Shown: positions 20,401 through 29,500 of the stretch, piece after piece
Numbering within the stretch: position 1 is the stretch's first letter
Layout: each line of letters opens with the position of its first letter
Assembly (NCBI GenBank): GCA_964523015.1
Contig: CAZFXN010000001.1
Coordinates: 76,423-140,422 of the forward strand
Source: an uncultured Bdellovibrionales bacterium
GTDB lineage: Bacteria; Bdellovibrionota_C; UBA2361; J135
Direction of reading: 5' to 3'
Length of the DNA: 64,000 nucleotides
Made by a program: the position numbers and the translations under genes
The notes under the pieces: generated by a model
What the model saw: only the letters and a program-made list of their open reading frames with translations
Database searches by the model: none
Told to the model about the DNA's origin: nothing

Positions 20401-20561
20401 TGGGGTGTGCCAGTTGCAAACGGTGGCCCATCATAAAACATGTAAGGCTTACTATTCTCTCTAATCTTAAGAGATTTTTTAAATGTATCATTCTCCTGCC
20501 AAAACTTAAGGACTCCTACCTCTACTGCTGGGAAACTGACATCTGGGGAGATCGTTTTCAT
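17445..20561 (-). CDS. ileS: Isoleucine--tRNA ligase, type 2 (about 1038 aa)
   Basis: Has the HYGH (HIGH-class) and KMSKR motifs and an editing domain. Its length and C-terminus fit the eukaryote/archaeal-like type-2 IleRS. Confidence 0.95.
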   Translation of the reverse strand: MKTISPDVSFPAVEVGVLKFWQENDTFKKSLKIRENSKPYMFYDGPPFATGTPHYGHLLAGTIKDIIPRYYAMKGAYVERRFGWDCHGLPIETIVEKDLELSGRTSILNYGVAKFNEACRTGVMKYVKEWEYVTNRLGRWIDFENDYKTMDASFMDSVWWVFKQLWDNDRVYQGHRIMPYSWRLATPLSNFEASSNYKDVQDAAVTVRFKLKKDPKVSLLAWTTTAWTLPSNLGVCVHPEIKYVQVKLGTEEVILAEARLDAYFKNKKEYEVVKSFTGQELAGLKYEPLFSYFYADRSDTGFKVVLDEFVTTEEGTGLVHMAPHGEDDGRILAVNKIELVDSVDAEGNFVSQVTDFAGQNIKEAEKNIIKYLKDKELLFKQETISHSYPFCERSDTPLMYKALKAWYVKVEDQREAMLKNNDTITWVPEHIKDGRFGKWLEGARDWNISRNRFWGNPLPIWICDKCDHKECLESKAELEKKVGHEVKDLHTHFVDELHWQCEKCSGQMNRTPEVLDCWFESGAMPYAQLHYPFENKEKFEKSFPADFIAEGLDQTRGWFYTLMVLSTTLFKKAPFKNVIVNGIILAEDGKKMSKRLKNYPDPMEVIDKHGADSLRLFMINSSAVKGENLRFTEAGVKEIVRSVMLPLWNVYSFFTTYANVDQFKPDADLTASQNSLDRWIISRFQTLLTKIEKEMALYHLYAVVPALLDFLEELTNWYIRRSRRRFWSDDKADKQSGYNTLYYILIGFTKTLAPFLPFVTEEIYRNLITLMPEAKESVHLNDYPLADVKLTDLKLEHDMNLISNVVGLGRSLRSRADLKVRQPLASITVVTRDQDDAKVLKEYEHHIKEELNVKDVFFSSKEEDLVTVTVKPDFRALGPIFGKEMGQVSKILSSLDLNAIHQLEDGGKITVLGKELDKNLIEVRREAKGGINIETGKGITVYFDTKLTPDLLAEGISREFVNRVQRMRKEANFDVSDRITVEYFTTNDISDCLKQFSDYIQDETLTVNLIHSTSKCQVGDLIQDHDVEGKSVTISVKR

Positions 20562-20833
20562 AGGCTAAAAAATCAGAAATTAATCAATGAAATCTATCAA
20601 TAACGTACAGTTCTTACCACATCTTGTATTCCCAGGTAAATTTTCAAAATCAGATAAATGCCCTGATTTATTAGGAAGTTTATTTAAATTTGGCTCAATC
20701 TAGACAGATAAAATCAGAGTTAAGTTGCTGCTATTATAGGGAAATTTGGGTCAAGATCTGAGACTGAGTTGCCGATATTAGGTACTGAGAGTCAGGGACT
20801 CTAAGTATTCGAAGCTAAAAATAGAAACAGCAA

Positions 20834-23101
20834 ATGAGTGCATCAGGAAAATCAATTGTTGAACTTGAAAGAAGTGCCTTTAAGGGTAAGTCGATTCCAT
20901 TTCTAACATTCCTACTTGGCCTTGTTCTCTCATTCATTATCTGTCTCTGGTCAAAATCTCAAGTTGAGCAAAGTAATCAGATTAAATTTCAACTAATAGC
21001 TGAGGAGGTTCTCGGCGATATCGAGGCAAATATTAATCGATACTCTCATGTTCTTTACGGGGCAAGAGGACTATTTATTGCAAGTGAATATGTTAGCAGA
21101 GTTGAATGGCATGACTTTGTTCAATCACGTGATTTAGAAAAAGAATTCCCCGGTATGAAGGGATTAGGGTTCGCTAAAAACGTTTCTAGAATAGGGCTTG
21201 AGCAGTATCTAGCTGACATGCAATCAAACGAAAATCCGCAATTTAAAATTAAAACTGCTGGCCATAAAAAAGATCTTTTTATTATTACCTATGTTGAGCC
21301 TGAGGCAATAAATAAAGAGGCACTTGGATACGATCTTGGATCAGATTTTGTGAGAAGATCTGCCGCTGAATGGGCAGCTAAAAATCGTAGCTTCGCTTTG
21401 ACAAAACGAATAAAGCTCATTCAAGATACTGAAGGTAATGCTGCCATACTTTACCTTTTACCTATTTATAGTAGTCAATGGTCCCGTAATCGATCTGAGC
21501 GACTAGAAAATGAAAAAATATTCGGCTGGATATACGCACCAATTATTATCAAAAATCTTCTCTCTACTGTAAATACAAAACTAAGAGATAGGGTGGAATT
21601 TAAGCTCTATGATGGTGCTGATTTAACTAAATCAAATATCCTTTTTCAATCTGATTCTTTTCAATCCAATATATCTAGTTTTGACAATTCTAAATTCGAA
21701 TCTGTCTATACAATTAAAGCCGGTGGACAAGAATGGGGAATTAAATTCATTCCAGGCAGTAATCTTTTTACTACTCAAGATCAGAATTTACCCTGGATAG
21801 TATTTTTGATCGGAACGATCTTTAGTGCCCTTGTCTCAATAATTATATTCTCTCAAAGAGTCGCTCAGATCAGAGCAGTTAAGCTTGCTAAAACAATGAC
21901 CCACGATCTGAGAATCACAACTACTGCATTAGAAAAAGCAAATCAACAATCACGCGATGCAATGAAAGTAAAATCAGAGTTTCTGGCGAATATGAGCCAC
22001 GAGATCAGAACTCCGCTAACATCAATCATTGGGTTTGGTGAAAATTTAAAATTTGATGCCTTAAGTAACGAGGAAAGAGGTCGGGCTGTTCATTCAATCA
22101 TACAAAATGGTAGGCACCTACTAAACATTATCAATGATATTCTCGATTTCTCAAAGATTGAAGCTGGAAAAGTATCTATTGATAAAGTTGAAATTGATTT
22201 AGCTGAATTAATGACTGAGGTTGCAAGCTCTTTTAAAGTAAAGTCATCAGAGAAAGGCCTAAATTTTCAAGTTGAATTTACTCATCCTTTACCGGCTACA
22301 ATAAATTCCGATCCTACCAGATTAAAGCAGATCTTATACAATCTCGTTGGTAACTCAATAAAATTTACTCAGAAGGGAGCCGTCACGATCAAAGTAAAAT
22401 GTGACTGGGAGGCTGAGATTTTGTATTTCTCTGTTTGTGATACTGGCATAGGGCTTACTGAAGAGCAACGAAATAAGCTTTTTAATTCCTTTGTACAAGC
22501 AGACAGTTCAACTACCAGAGTATTTGGAGGAACTGGTCTAGGACTTGTTATTTCTAGCCAACTCGCAGAAAAGCTAGGTGGGAAAATCACTGTGGAAAGC
22601 GTTTACGGTATTGGCAGCGTCTTTGCTGTTAATATAAAAGCAGGTGATCTATCTAACGTTTTACCAATGGATAAAGATAAAAAAGCGGACCTCTCTGTTT
22701 CAAGTGAATCAACTCAAAAAGAAGTCACTAAAATATTGGTCAATGCTCATGTCCTTGTAGTGGAAGATGGTCCTGATAATCAGCTCCTACTTCAGTATCT
22801 ACTAAAGAAACTCGGCGCAGAAGTAACTGTAGTAGGCAATGGCGCTGAAGCTTTAGGAGCTGTCGAAGACCGTGAGTTTGATCTAATTTTAATGGATATG
22901 CAGATGCCTGTTCTTGATGGCTATGGTGCGGTTAAAGAGCTCAGAGCTCGAGGCTATGAAGGAAAGATCTTAGCCCTTACTGCCAATACCGCTCCAGAAG
23001 ATCAAGCCAGCTGCTTACAAGTTGGGTGTAACGATTATCTTGGAAAGCCATTTGAAAGAGCTGCGTTTATTGAAAAGATAACAAACCTTCACGAGGTTTA
23101 A
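20834..23101 (+). CDS. Hybrid sensor histidine kinase with a periplasmic CHASE domain, HisKA, HATPase_c and a C-terminal receiver
   Basis: Two TM helices flank a CHASE-like domain. Has the H-box MSHEIRTPLTSIIGF, an N/G-box ATPase domain, and a receiver domain VLVVEDGPDNQ...DLILMDMQMP... Confidence 0.85.
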   Translation: MSASGKSIVELERSAFKGKSIPFLTFLLGLVLSFIICLWSKSQVEQSNQIKFQLIAEEVLGDIEANINRYSHVLYGARGLFIASEYVSRVEWHDFVQSRDLEKEFPGMKGLGFAKNVSRIGLEQYLADMQSNENPQFKIKTAGHKKDLFIITYVEPEAINKEALGYDLGSDFVRRSAAEWAAKNRSFALTKRIKLIQDTEGNAAILYLLPIYSSQWSRNRSERLENEKIFGWIYAPIIIKNLLSTVNTKLRDRVEFKLYDGADLTKSNILFQSDSFQSNISSFDNSKFESVYTIKAGGQEWGIKFIPGSNLFTTQDQNLPWIVFLIGTIFSALVSIIIFSQRVAQIRAVKLAKTMTHDLRITTTALEKANQQSRDAMKVKSEFLANMSHEIRTPLTSIIGFGENLKFDALSNEERGRAVHSIIQNGRHLLNIINDILDFSKIEAGKVSIDKVEIDLAELMTEVASSFKVKSSEKGLNFQVEFTHPLPATINSDPTRLKQILYNLVGNSIKFTQKGAVTIKVKCDWEAEILYFSVCDTGIGLTEEQRNKLFNSFVQADSSTTRVFGGTGLGLVISSQLAEKLGGKITVESVYGIGSVFAVNIKAGDLSNVLPMDKDKKADLSVSSESTQKEVTKILVNAHVLVVEDGPDNQLLLQYLLKKLGAEVTVVGNGAEALGAVEDREFDLILMDMQMPVLDGYGAVKELRARGYEGKILALTANTAPEDQASCLQVGCNDYLGKPFERAAFIEKITNLHEV

Positions 23102-23203
23102 GAAGTTCCTTTCTACGAAATATAACTAGAATCAACTGTAACACATTGTGATTTATCTCACCCAATTTCATTCCCATCTGGTCGATTTCTTATCTAAGTA
23201 AAT

Positions 23204-24697
23204 TTGAATGTTGGAGTAGTAACGATGAACAGAGTAAAAGCAATCCTAGCAGTAGTTAGCTTAGCAATAGTCACTTTACCAAACAGCGGATATGCGGATG
23301 CGGAATCATGCAAACAAGTAATGAAGCATAATTTACGTCAAAGCTTTAAAGCAACTGTGCCTGAAGTCACAGATTCAATGATCCTTAGTGAGATATGTCT
23401 TAATAGCAAAAAACCAAAAGGGTCTTCGTTTAGGTTTAATGGAACTGTTAAATTTTCTGCTGCTCAGTTAAAAGCAAGCCAAGCTCTATTATGTGACAAA
23501 AAAGGCAAGGGTGGTAGAAAAGCATCAGCTAAGAAAAATTATTCAAAACATAGAGTTCTAAAAGAGTTTATTGGAACAGAAGCCCTAAACGAGTATGAAA
23601 AGTGCGTAGTTATAGATTCCAAGGGTGTTAAGATTAGTGCTGCCAGTGATACTGAAAGTAATAAGATTCTAAATATCTCGGTAAAGTTAGATAGACCTGA
23701 CATTAAGGTTGAGGGAATTACTGTATTTCCACCTCAGGCACTAACTTGTAATGGACCAATCGCTTTAAATGCTAATGACAGACATTTTACATTTTCTGCA
23801 TTGTCAGGTTCTTGTGAGCGAAATCCATTGTTTGAGGATATTTCAGCTGTTGTTACTGTGCATACATCTGTCGGAAATCTTAATATCAACTTAGCCCCTG
23901 TATCGCTAAATGATAATATTGCCGTTGATAGAATTAATCCTGGAATGATTCCGCAGATACCTGCAGTTTCAGGCTGTAATATTTTTAGTCAAGCAAACAG
24001 AATCTTAGAGTGTAATACTGCAAATGGTTTATCATTATGCTACCACCACCTAAGAGCAGGTAGAGTTGTAGATTGCCGCGCTGCTTTCCTTGAAAACATA
24101 AGTCCGTATAATAATGAAACTCAGTTTCGTCCTAGAGCTGGCGAGTATCAGTCACAAAGATCTGGCGGACTCTCAGTAACCGTATATAGAGGTCGTCCAG
24201 ATGACGGTGAAGTACGTGGCGCAATTGATTATACAATTAATTTTAATACACCAGTACTAGCACAACGTTCAGGACAGATGTGTGATCCTAGCTGCCCACT
24301 ATTTGGAAACTCTCCATGTAATAGAGATTGTGTATTTGCTGATCATATTGTTGAAGATCATGCTCATGGTGGTGTTGCTACCTATGGTCGTGAGCAGGGC
24401 AATTCTTGTACTCTGCCACTTACTGGCCAAATACAACCTACCTCAATCGAGAAATATCGCGCTTACAACTTGTGTGAGAGTCGAAATACTTGGGGTCGAA
24501 ATACTCAAGGCGTATTATATGCACAAGTTTCTAAATCCTATTACTTTAATGATTTTAGAACTACCCACGTTGTATTCGATGGCACACGCAATGGACGATT
24601 AGTTCATGAAGAGAACTGGCGTGTAATAAACTCTGGTGAGCGAGTAAGAGGCATTGCTGAGCTATCGATCCCGATTAGAATTACCTGTGTAGAATAA
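23204..24697 (+). CDS. Secreted cysteine-rich hypothetical protein; the likely true start is M8 at 23225
   Basis: Signal peptide NRVKAILAVVSLAIVTLPNSGYADA. More than 25 Cys residues. No recognised domain. Confidence 0.5.
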   Translation: MNVGVVTMNRVKAILAVVSLAIVTLPNSGYADAESCKQVMKHNLRQSFKATVPEVTDSMILSEICLNSKKPKGSSFRFNGTVKFSAAQLKASQALLCDKKGKGGRKASAKKNYSKHRVLKEFIGTEALNEYEKCVVIDSKGVKISAASDTESNKILNISVKLDRPDIKVEGITVFPPQALTCNGPIALNANDRHFTFSALSGSCERNPLFEDISAVVTVHTSVGNLNINLAPVSLNDNIAVDRINPGMIPQIPAVSGCNIFSQANRILECNTANGLSLCYHHLRAGRVVDCRAAFLENISPYNNETQFRPRAGEYQSQRSGGLSVTVYRGRPDDGEVRGAIDYTINFNTPVLAQRSGQMCDPSCPLFGNSPCNRDCVFADHIVEDHAHGGVATYGREQGNSCTLPLTGQIQPTSIEKYRAYNLCESRNTWGRNTQGVLYAQVSKSYYFNDFRTTHVVFDGTRNGRLVHEENWRVINSGERVRGIAELSIPIRITCVE

Positions 24698-24890
24698 TAC
24701 TTTTACTACTCAGGCTTTCATAGAAGCAAGTGTCAAACAGCTATTCTTACCCACTTTGGCAGTTCTTTGAACTTCTGTATAAAATGTACCTCGGCGAAAC
24801 CGTCCGCCACCATTTGATGGGTTTTCTTTCCCGAGTTTGCATCATAATTAGAGCTTGCCTGATATGTATATATCATACATACTTATATGC

Positions 24891-25085
24891 ATGAGAACAA
24901 CATTAAACATTGATGACGCATTACTTAAAAAAGCAGGTCAATTGAGTGGTATTCGTGAAAAGACCGCTCTTGTAAGAGCTGGTCTCGAAGCTCTCATTAC
25001 AAGAGAAAGTAGTCGCCGATTAGCAGAGCTTGGGGGATCGGAACGCTCCTTGCGTCCAGTTAAGCGAAGAAAGGTAGGCTCATAG
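24891..25085 (+). CDS. vapB: VapB-type antitoxin (ORF track starts at 24855; the internal ATG at 24891 is favoured)
   Basis: MRTTLNIDDALLKKAGQLSGIREKTALVRAGLEALI is a typical VapB/antitoxin N-terminus. It lies immediately upstream of a PIN toxin, and its stop abuts the toxin start. Confidence 0.6.
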   Translation: MRTTLNIDDALLKKAGQLSGIREKTALVRAGLEALITRESSRRLAELGGSERSLRPVKRRKVGS

Positions 25086-25442
25086 ATGGTCTTAGTTGAT
25101 ACTTCCGTTTGGATTGATCACCTAAGGCGTAACAATAATGACTTAGTTGCACATCTACTCAAGGTGGAAGTCGTTACTCACCCATTTATTCTTGGCGAAC
25201 TTGCCTGCGGCAATATTAAAAATAGAACAGAAATTTTCTCGCTACTAAAGGAACTTCCTGAAGTAACCATAGCAGAACATGAAGAGGTTCTAGAAATGAT
25301 CGAACATAAAAAACTCATGGGTCAAGGAATTGGGTGGGTAGACGCACATCTGCTAGCCTCTGCATTAATATCGGGCACCCAATTATGGACAGCTGACAAA
25401 AGCCTTCGCGCTGTTGCCGTGGCACTTGGCGTGCTTTATTAG
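25086..25442 (+). CDS. vapC: PIN-domain toxin VapC
   Basis: MVLVDTSVWIDHLR...LACGNIKNRTEIFSLL...WVDAHLLASA...LWTADK is a canonical VapC sequence with the acidic PIN residues. Confidence 0.85.
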   Translation: MVLVDTSVWIDHLRRNNNDLVAHLLKVEVVTHPFILGELACGNIKNRTEIFSLLKELPEVTIAEHEEVLEMIEHKKLMGQGIGWVDAHLLASALISGTQLWTADKSLRAVAVALGVLY

Positions 25443-25513
25443 TATTTGAATTGGGGTGATGGTGTTTAACGCTGAGGTTTTGGCCAACGGCCATAATCTC
25501 AAGACGTTTTTTG

Positions 25514-25918
25514 TTACCCTTCCTCTCGGGTAATGGCAAGAACATTCGCCACGGTGGATACTGCGTCCTCTTGTCCAAGAGTATCACCGTTGACAGCAAC
25601 TTTCGCCCTCCAATTGGTAGCATGATACTGCAAATTAATTCTGGTAGTTGTAGCGCTACCATCGAGATCATTGCCTGGCGCAGATAGTCGATCGACTTGT
25701 TCGACCACGAATGGATCTCCAAGCCTCTGAACAACTGTCGTAATATTTGAGGTGCCGACACCCGATCCTCGGCTAGTTATTATCTCTCGCAATCCATCTT
25801 GTTCCTGATCTAAATCAGCTAATCCTTTCCCTGTATCCACCTGCAATGTGATCTTCAAGGATTCGACTGGCGCCGGATGCGCTGACATTGAAATTGAAAC
25901 GGTCATATGTGCTTCCAA
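25514..25918 (-). CDS. Hypothetical protein in a GC-rich (foreign-looking) segment
   Basis: The ORF has markedly higher GC than its neighbours. I recognise no domain. It may be a fragment. Confidence 0.3.
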   Translation of the reverse strand: MEAHMTVSISMSAHPAPVESLKITLQVDTGKGLADLDQEQDGLREIITSRGSGVGTSNITTVVQRLGDPFVVEQVDRLSAPGNDLDGSATTTRINLQYHATNWRAKVAVNGDTLGQEDAVSTVANVLAITREEG

Positions 25919-26104
25919 AACAAATTTCTCATATAGTTATGACTTGATTACCTTCTCGCTGTGATTTGAAGGGTAACGTAAAAAATCATCAGTTTTGTCG
26001 AGCCGTTAGTCGAGGCAAAATCTGGTGCATTGAATTGTTATATTATTCTTGATCTTAGTCAATTAAATAGTGTACACTACGTATATTAGTCGTGTAGGAG
26101 ATTT

Positions 26105-26329
26105 ATGCAAAAGAAATTGACGATTACGCTAGATAAAAGCGTCTATGAGGGCCTCCAAAAGGTAATAGGCAAGCGCCGAATTAGCCAGTTTATTGAAGGG
26201 CTTGTGCGTCCACATGTTATTCCGCAAGAGCTTGATAATGCCTATCGCAAAATGGCGGCAGACAGTGGTCGTGAAAAGGAAGCATTGGATTGGGCCGAAG
26301 CTTTTGTTGGAGATGTGGGCGATGCATAG
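26105..26329 (+). CDS. Antitoxin of a MazEF/PemIK-like module
   Basis: A 74 aa protein whose stop overlaps the ATG of the PemK/MazF toxin by 8 bp. Its acidic C-terminus is typical of antitoxins. Confidence 0.55.
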   Translation: MQKKLTITLDKSVYEGLQKVIGKRRISQFIEGLVRPHVIPQELDNAYRKMAADSGREKEALDWAEAFVGDVGDA

Positions 26330-26645
26330 AGGTGAAATATGGTGGGTTAATTTTGAGCCATCAGTCGGTGGCGAGATCAAAAAGATACGCCCTGCTGTTA
26401 TCATTAGTAATGATGCTTCCAATAAACACCTTAACAGAGTTCAAGTTGTGCCTTTGACCAGTAATATTGAGCGTCTTTACCCCTGTGAAGCATATATTCA
26501 AGTGACTAGCAGACAAAGTAAGGCAATGGCAGATCAGCTAACAACGGTTAGCAAATCAAGATTGAGCAGTTTTGTAGCCCGTGTTTCTCCAGTAGAACTT
26601 AAACAACTAGAACGTGCTATCAAGATTCAACTGGGGATTAAGTAA
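26322..26645 (+). CDS. PemK/MazF-family endoribonuclease toxin (start at the ATG at 26322; the ORF track lists an upstream in-frame Met)
   Basis: [31 protein letters not shown]...VVPLTS is a classic MazF/PemK motif. Confidence 0.8.
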   Translation: MHRGEIWWVNFEPSVGGEIKKIRPAVIISNDASNKHLNRVQVVPLTSNIERLYPCEAYIQVTSRQSKAMADQLTTVSKSRLSSFVARVSPVELKQLERAIKIQLGIK

Positions 26646-27158
26646 CCCAAAAATATAACGTATAGATTATACAGATCCTGATATTACCTAGAATCAAGTG
26701 CTGCGTCTAGCTTTCAGAGTGTTAATAATATTTGTAACATCCCAAATATATTGAATTAAAAATATAAGCCGTCATGTGTTCCATTAATCGATGCCAATCA
26801 TGTGTTCCACCAGTATTGATGTAAAAATCTTGTGATGTATTGAGTCCAGCACAACAGATTGTAAATAAGTAACCGGAGTAACACACCTTAGGTCATCTAG
26901 GATGTGTCTTGCCTTATGAAAACCCTCTTCATCATTACCATAATAATTACAAGTAGATGTGACTGATCTTAGCCATTCTGCAGAAATAAGACCTAACCTA
27001 GAGCGAGATTTTTACTCGAGTTCAACACAAATTTAACCAAAATTTGATTATCAAACCAAGTCATCCATTTTTGCCTTTCTCTTTATCCCCTCAAGATCAT
27101 ACAGTACACAGAGTCATTTATTAAGTTTTTGATTTGATTCAGTACCTTAGGGAGAAAA

Positions 27159-29294
27159 TTGAGCATGTTGCAAGGAAGTGGGCGAACAAATTTAAGAATC
27201 ACTGAAAATGGCATTGCCATATTAGAGCTTGGTTCAAGTGATGAACACGTGGTGACTCTAACTAGAGAGAGAATGGAATCTTTGAAAGCTCATGTAAGTG
27301 AGATCAAATCGAAGAATCCTAAAGGTGTTGTTGTAATAGGTCCAAATGAAAGCATGTTCACTGCAGGTGCTGATATTAATTTAATTAATAGTGTGACCAC
27401 TGCCGAGGAAGGCGCAAAGATGGCTCAGATGGGCCAAGAGATCTTTGATGAATTAGAATCTCTTAAGTGTATTACTGTTGCTGCCATCAGTGGCCCGTGC
27501 GTAGGAGGCGGTTGCGAGTTAGCCTTAGCCTGTACTCACCGACTAATTACATCATCTCCAAAAAGTATAATTGGATTACCTGAAACAAAATTAGGAATTA
27601 TTCCTGGATTTGGAGGCACTCAGAGACTTCCACGACTTATTGGACTTCCTGGTGCTCTTGATATCATCCTTTCTGGAAAAACTCTTAGAGCAAGTAAGGC
27701 AAAAGGGATCGGATTGGTTGATGACATTGTTAGTTACGACAAACTGTATGACACAGCTTTAAAAGTAGCTTCTGGTGAATTAAAATTATCTCGACGACCT
27801 ATATCTTTTGTCCATAAGATCCTTACCTTTACTGGTATTGGTCGTTCAATAGTAAAGAGCCAAACTGAAAAGCTCCTTAAGAAACAGACAAAAGGATTTT
27901 ATCCAGCTCCTCCAACCGCGCTAAAAACCGCAATGTACGGGCTTGCTAATGGTCAAAGAGCCGGCATGAAAAGAGAGGCTGATGAGCTTGGTCGGATGAT
28001 TGTTACTCCAGAATGCAAAGCTTTAGTAAATTTATTCTTTCTAACTGAAGCATCTAAGGGATTAGGAAAATCTGCTCGCGGCGAGCTAAAAGGTTTATAC
28101 GGTGTTGTTATTGGAGCCGGTACTATGGGTGCTGGCATTGCCCAGCTCTTAGCTCAAAATGACAATAGAGTGATCCTGCAAGATAGAAACGAGGAAGCAG
28201 TCAGCAAAGGGATCGCTTATGTCAAAAAGAACTTAAGTAAGATCAGTTATCTTTCTGAAACAGATCGCAACTTAATTCTTAACCGCATTGAGCGAGCAGA
28301 GAACGATGCGCCTTCATTAGGTTCTGTTAATTTTGCAATTGAAGCTGTCTTTGAAGATATGAATCTAAAAAAGAAAATTTTAGGTGATATATCAAAAAAG
28401 ATAGAGCCGGAAGCGATTGTCGCATCTAACACCTCTTCATTATCGGTAACTGAAATAGCCTCAGCAATCGAACGACCTGAAAGAGTTGTCGGCATGCACT
28501 TTTTTAATCCAGTACCAAAGATGCCACTTGTGGAGATTATTCGAGGTGAAAAAACAAGTAATAAAACTATCGTGCTTACCTCTGCTCTCTCTACAAAGAT
28601 GGGGAAATATCCAATTGTTGTAAATGATGTGCCTGGATTCTTAGTTAACCGAATCTTATTTCCATATCTTAATGAGGCCATGTTTGCCGTAACTGACGGG
28701 TATAAGATCAAAGATATAGATAAGGCTGCGCTAAAATTTGGTATGCCTATGGGCCCTATCCGTTTACTTGATGAAGTTGGTCTAGATGTTGGAGGTCACG
28801 TCGCAGAGATCATGCATAAAGGATATGGCGAACGAATGGCTGCGCCTCCTTTAGCCTCACAGATGGATAAAGCTGGACGAAAAGGCAAGAAAAACAGCAA
28901 AGGTTTCTATGATTTTAATGGGAAAGAGGAGACCCCTCACCCACACATTAGATCAATATTAAATATCACTAAGCCTGAGCAAGATGTAACTGACTATGAG
29001 TCACTCGCTCAAAGACTTCTCTTTAATATGATCAATGAAGCAGTGCGCTGCCTTGATGAAGAGGTAGCTGGTGCTCCGGGCAGGGAGGCTGCTAGCCAAA
29101 TTGACCTTGGGTCTGTAATGGGATTTGGATTTCCTCCATTTAGAGGTGGTGTGATTTTTTACGCTGAGTCACTCGGTGCAAAAAAAGTTCTAGAAATTTT
29201 AGAACGGCTGCAAACTGCTCATGGTGCACGGTTTACCCCTTGGGAGGGAATCAAGGCTAGAGCTAAAGCAGGAGCAAGTTTTTACGCAGGGTAA
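27159..29294 (+). CDS. fadJ: Fatty acid oxidation complex alpha subunit (enoyl-CoA hydratase / 3-hydroxyacyl-CoA dehydrogenase, FadJ/FadB type)
   Basis: An N-terminal crotonase fold and a central GVVIGAGTMGAGIA NAD-binding 3HCDH domain, 711 aa. TTG at 27159 or ATG at 27165 could be the start. Confidence 0.85.
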   Translation: MSMLQGSGRTNLRITENGIAILELGSSDEHVVTLTRERMESLKAHVSEIKSKNPKGVVVIGPNESMFTAGADINLINSVTTAEEGAKMAQMGQEIFDELESLKCITVAAISGPCVGGGCELALACTHRLITSSPKSIIGLPETKLGIIPGFGGTQRLPRLIGLPGALDIILSGKTLRASKAKGIGLVDDIVSYDKLYDTALKVASGELKLSRRPISFVHKILTFTGIGRSIVKSQTEKLLKKQTKGFYPAPPTALKTAMYGLANGQRAGMKREADELGRMIVTPECKALVNLFFLTEASKGLGKSARGELKGLYGVVIGAGTMGAGIAQLLAQNDNRVILQDRNEEAVSKGIAYVKKNLSKISYLSETDRNLILNRIERAENDAPSLGSVNFAIEAVFEDMNLKKKILGDISKKIEPEAIVASNTSSLSVTEIASAIERPERVVGMHFFNPVPKMPLVEIIRGEKTSNKTIVLTSALSTKMGKYPIVVNDVPGFLVNRILFPYLNEAMFAVTDGYKIKDIDKAALKFGMPMGPIRLLDEVGLDVGGHVAEIMHKGYGERMAAPPLASQMDKAGRKGKKNSKGFYDFNGKEETPHPHIRSILNITKPEQDVTDYESLAQRLLFNMINEAVRCLDEEVAGAPGREAASQIDLGSVMGFGFPPFRGGVIFYAESLGAKKVLEILERLQTAHGARFTPWEGIKARAKAGASFYAG

Positions 29295-29464
29295 CTGCCG
29301 CCTGATACCGGTAGTACAATAACAGCAACTTCCTACCATTGATCATATTAAGGGCATGCTTAAAGGGTAGGGGGAGGAAGACATACTAACCCATAGAGTA
29401 CAACCTCCCCCCCATCCATCAACTCTTGCCACAAGAATTTCTGCCAGCAAAAGTTGATTTTGCT

Positions 29465-29500
29465 GCGGACCATCCTGCGGACCATCCTGCGAACCATCCT
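29465..29500. repeat. Tandem 12 bp repeat x3 (gcggaccatcct, gcggaccatcct, gcgaaccatcct)
   Basis: Read directly from the sequence. It overlaps the 3' end of the GC-rich lipoprotein gene. Confidence 0.9.

Noticed and set aside
20760-20790. A gccgatat hexamer resembling a sigma-28 -10 element upstream of the CHASE sensor kinase
   Set aside because: No TAAA-type -35 element sits at the expected 11-15 nt spacing. A single -10-like match is expected by chance.
25315-25761. 148 aa minus-strand ORF overlapping vapC and the GC-rich ORF
   Set aside because: It lies antisense to the well-supported vapC and overlaps the other minus-strand ORF in a different frame. Spurious.
26193-26321. N-terminal extension of the MazF-like ORF listed by the ORF track
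   Set aside because: The conserved MazF N-terminus starts at the ATG at 26322, which overlaps the antitoxin stop by 8 bp. The upstream Met lies inside the antitoxin gene.
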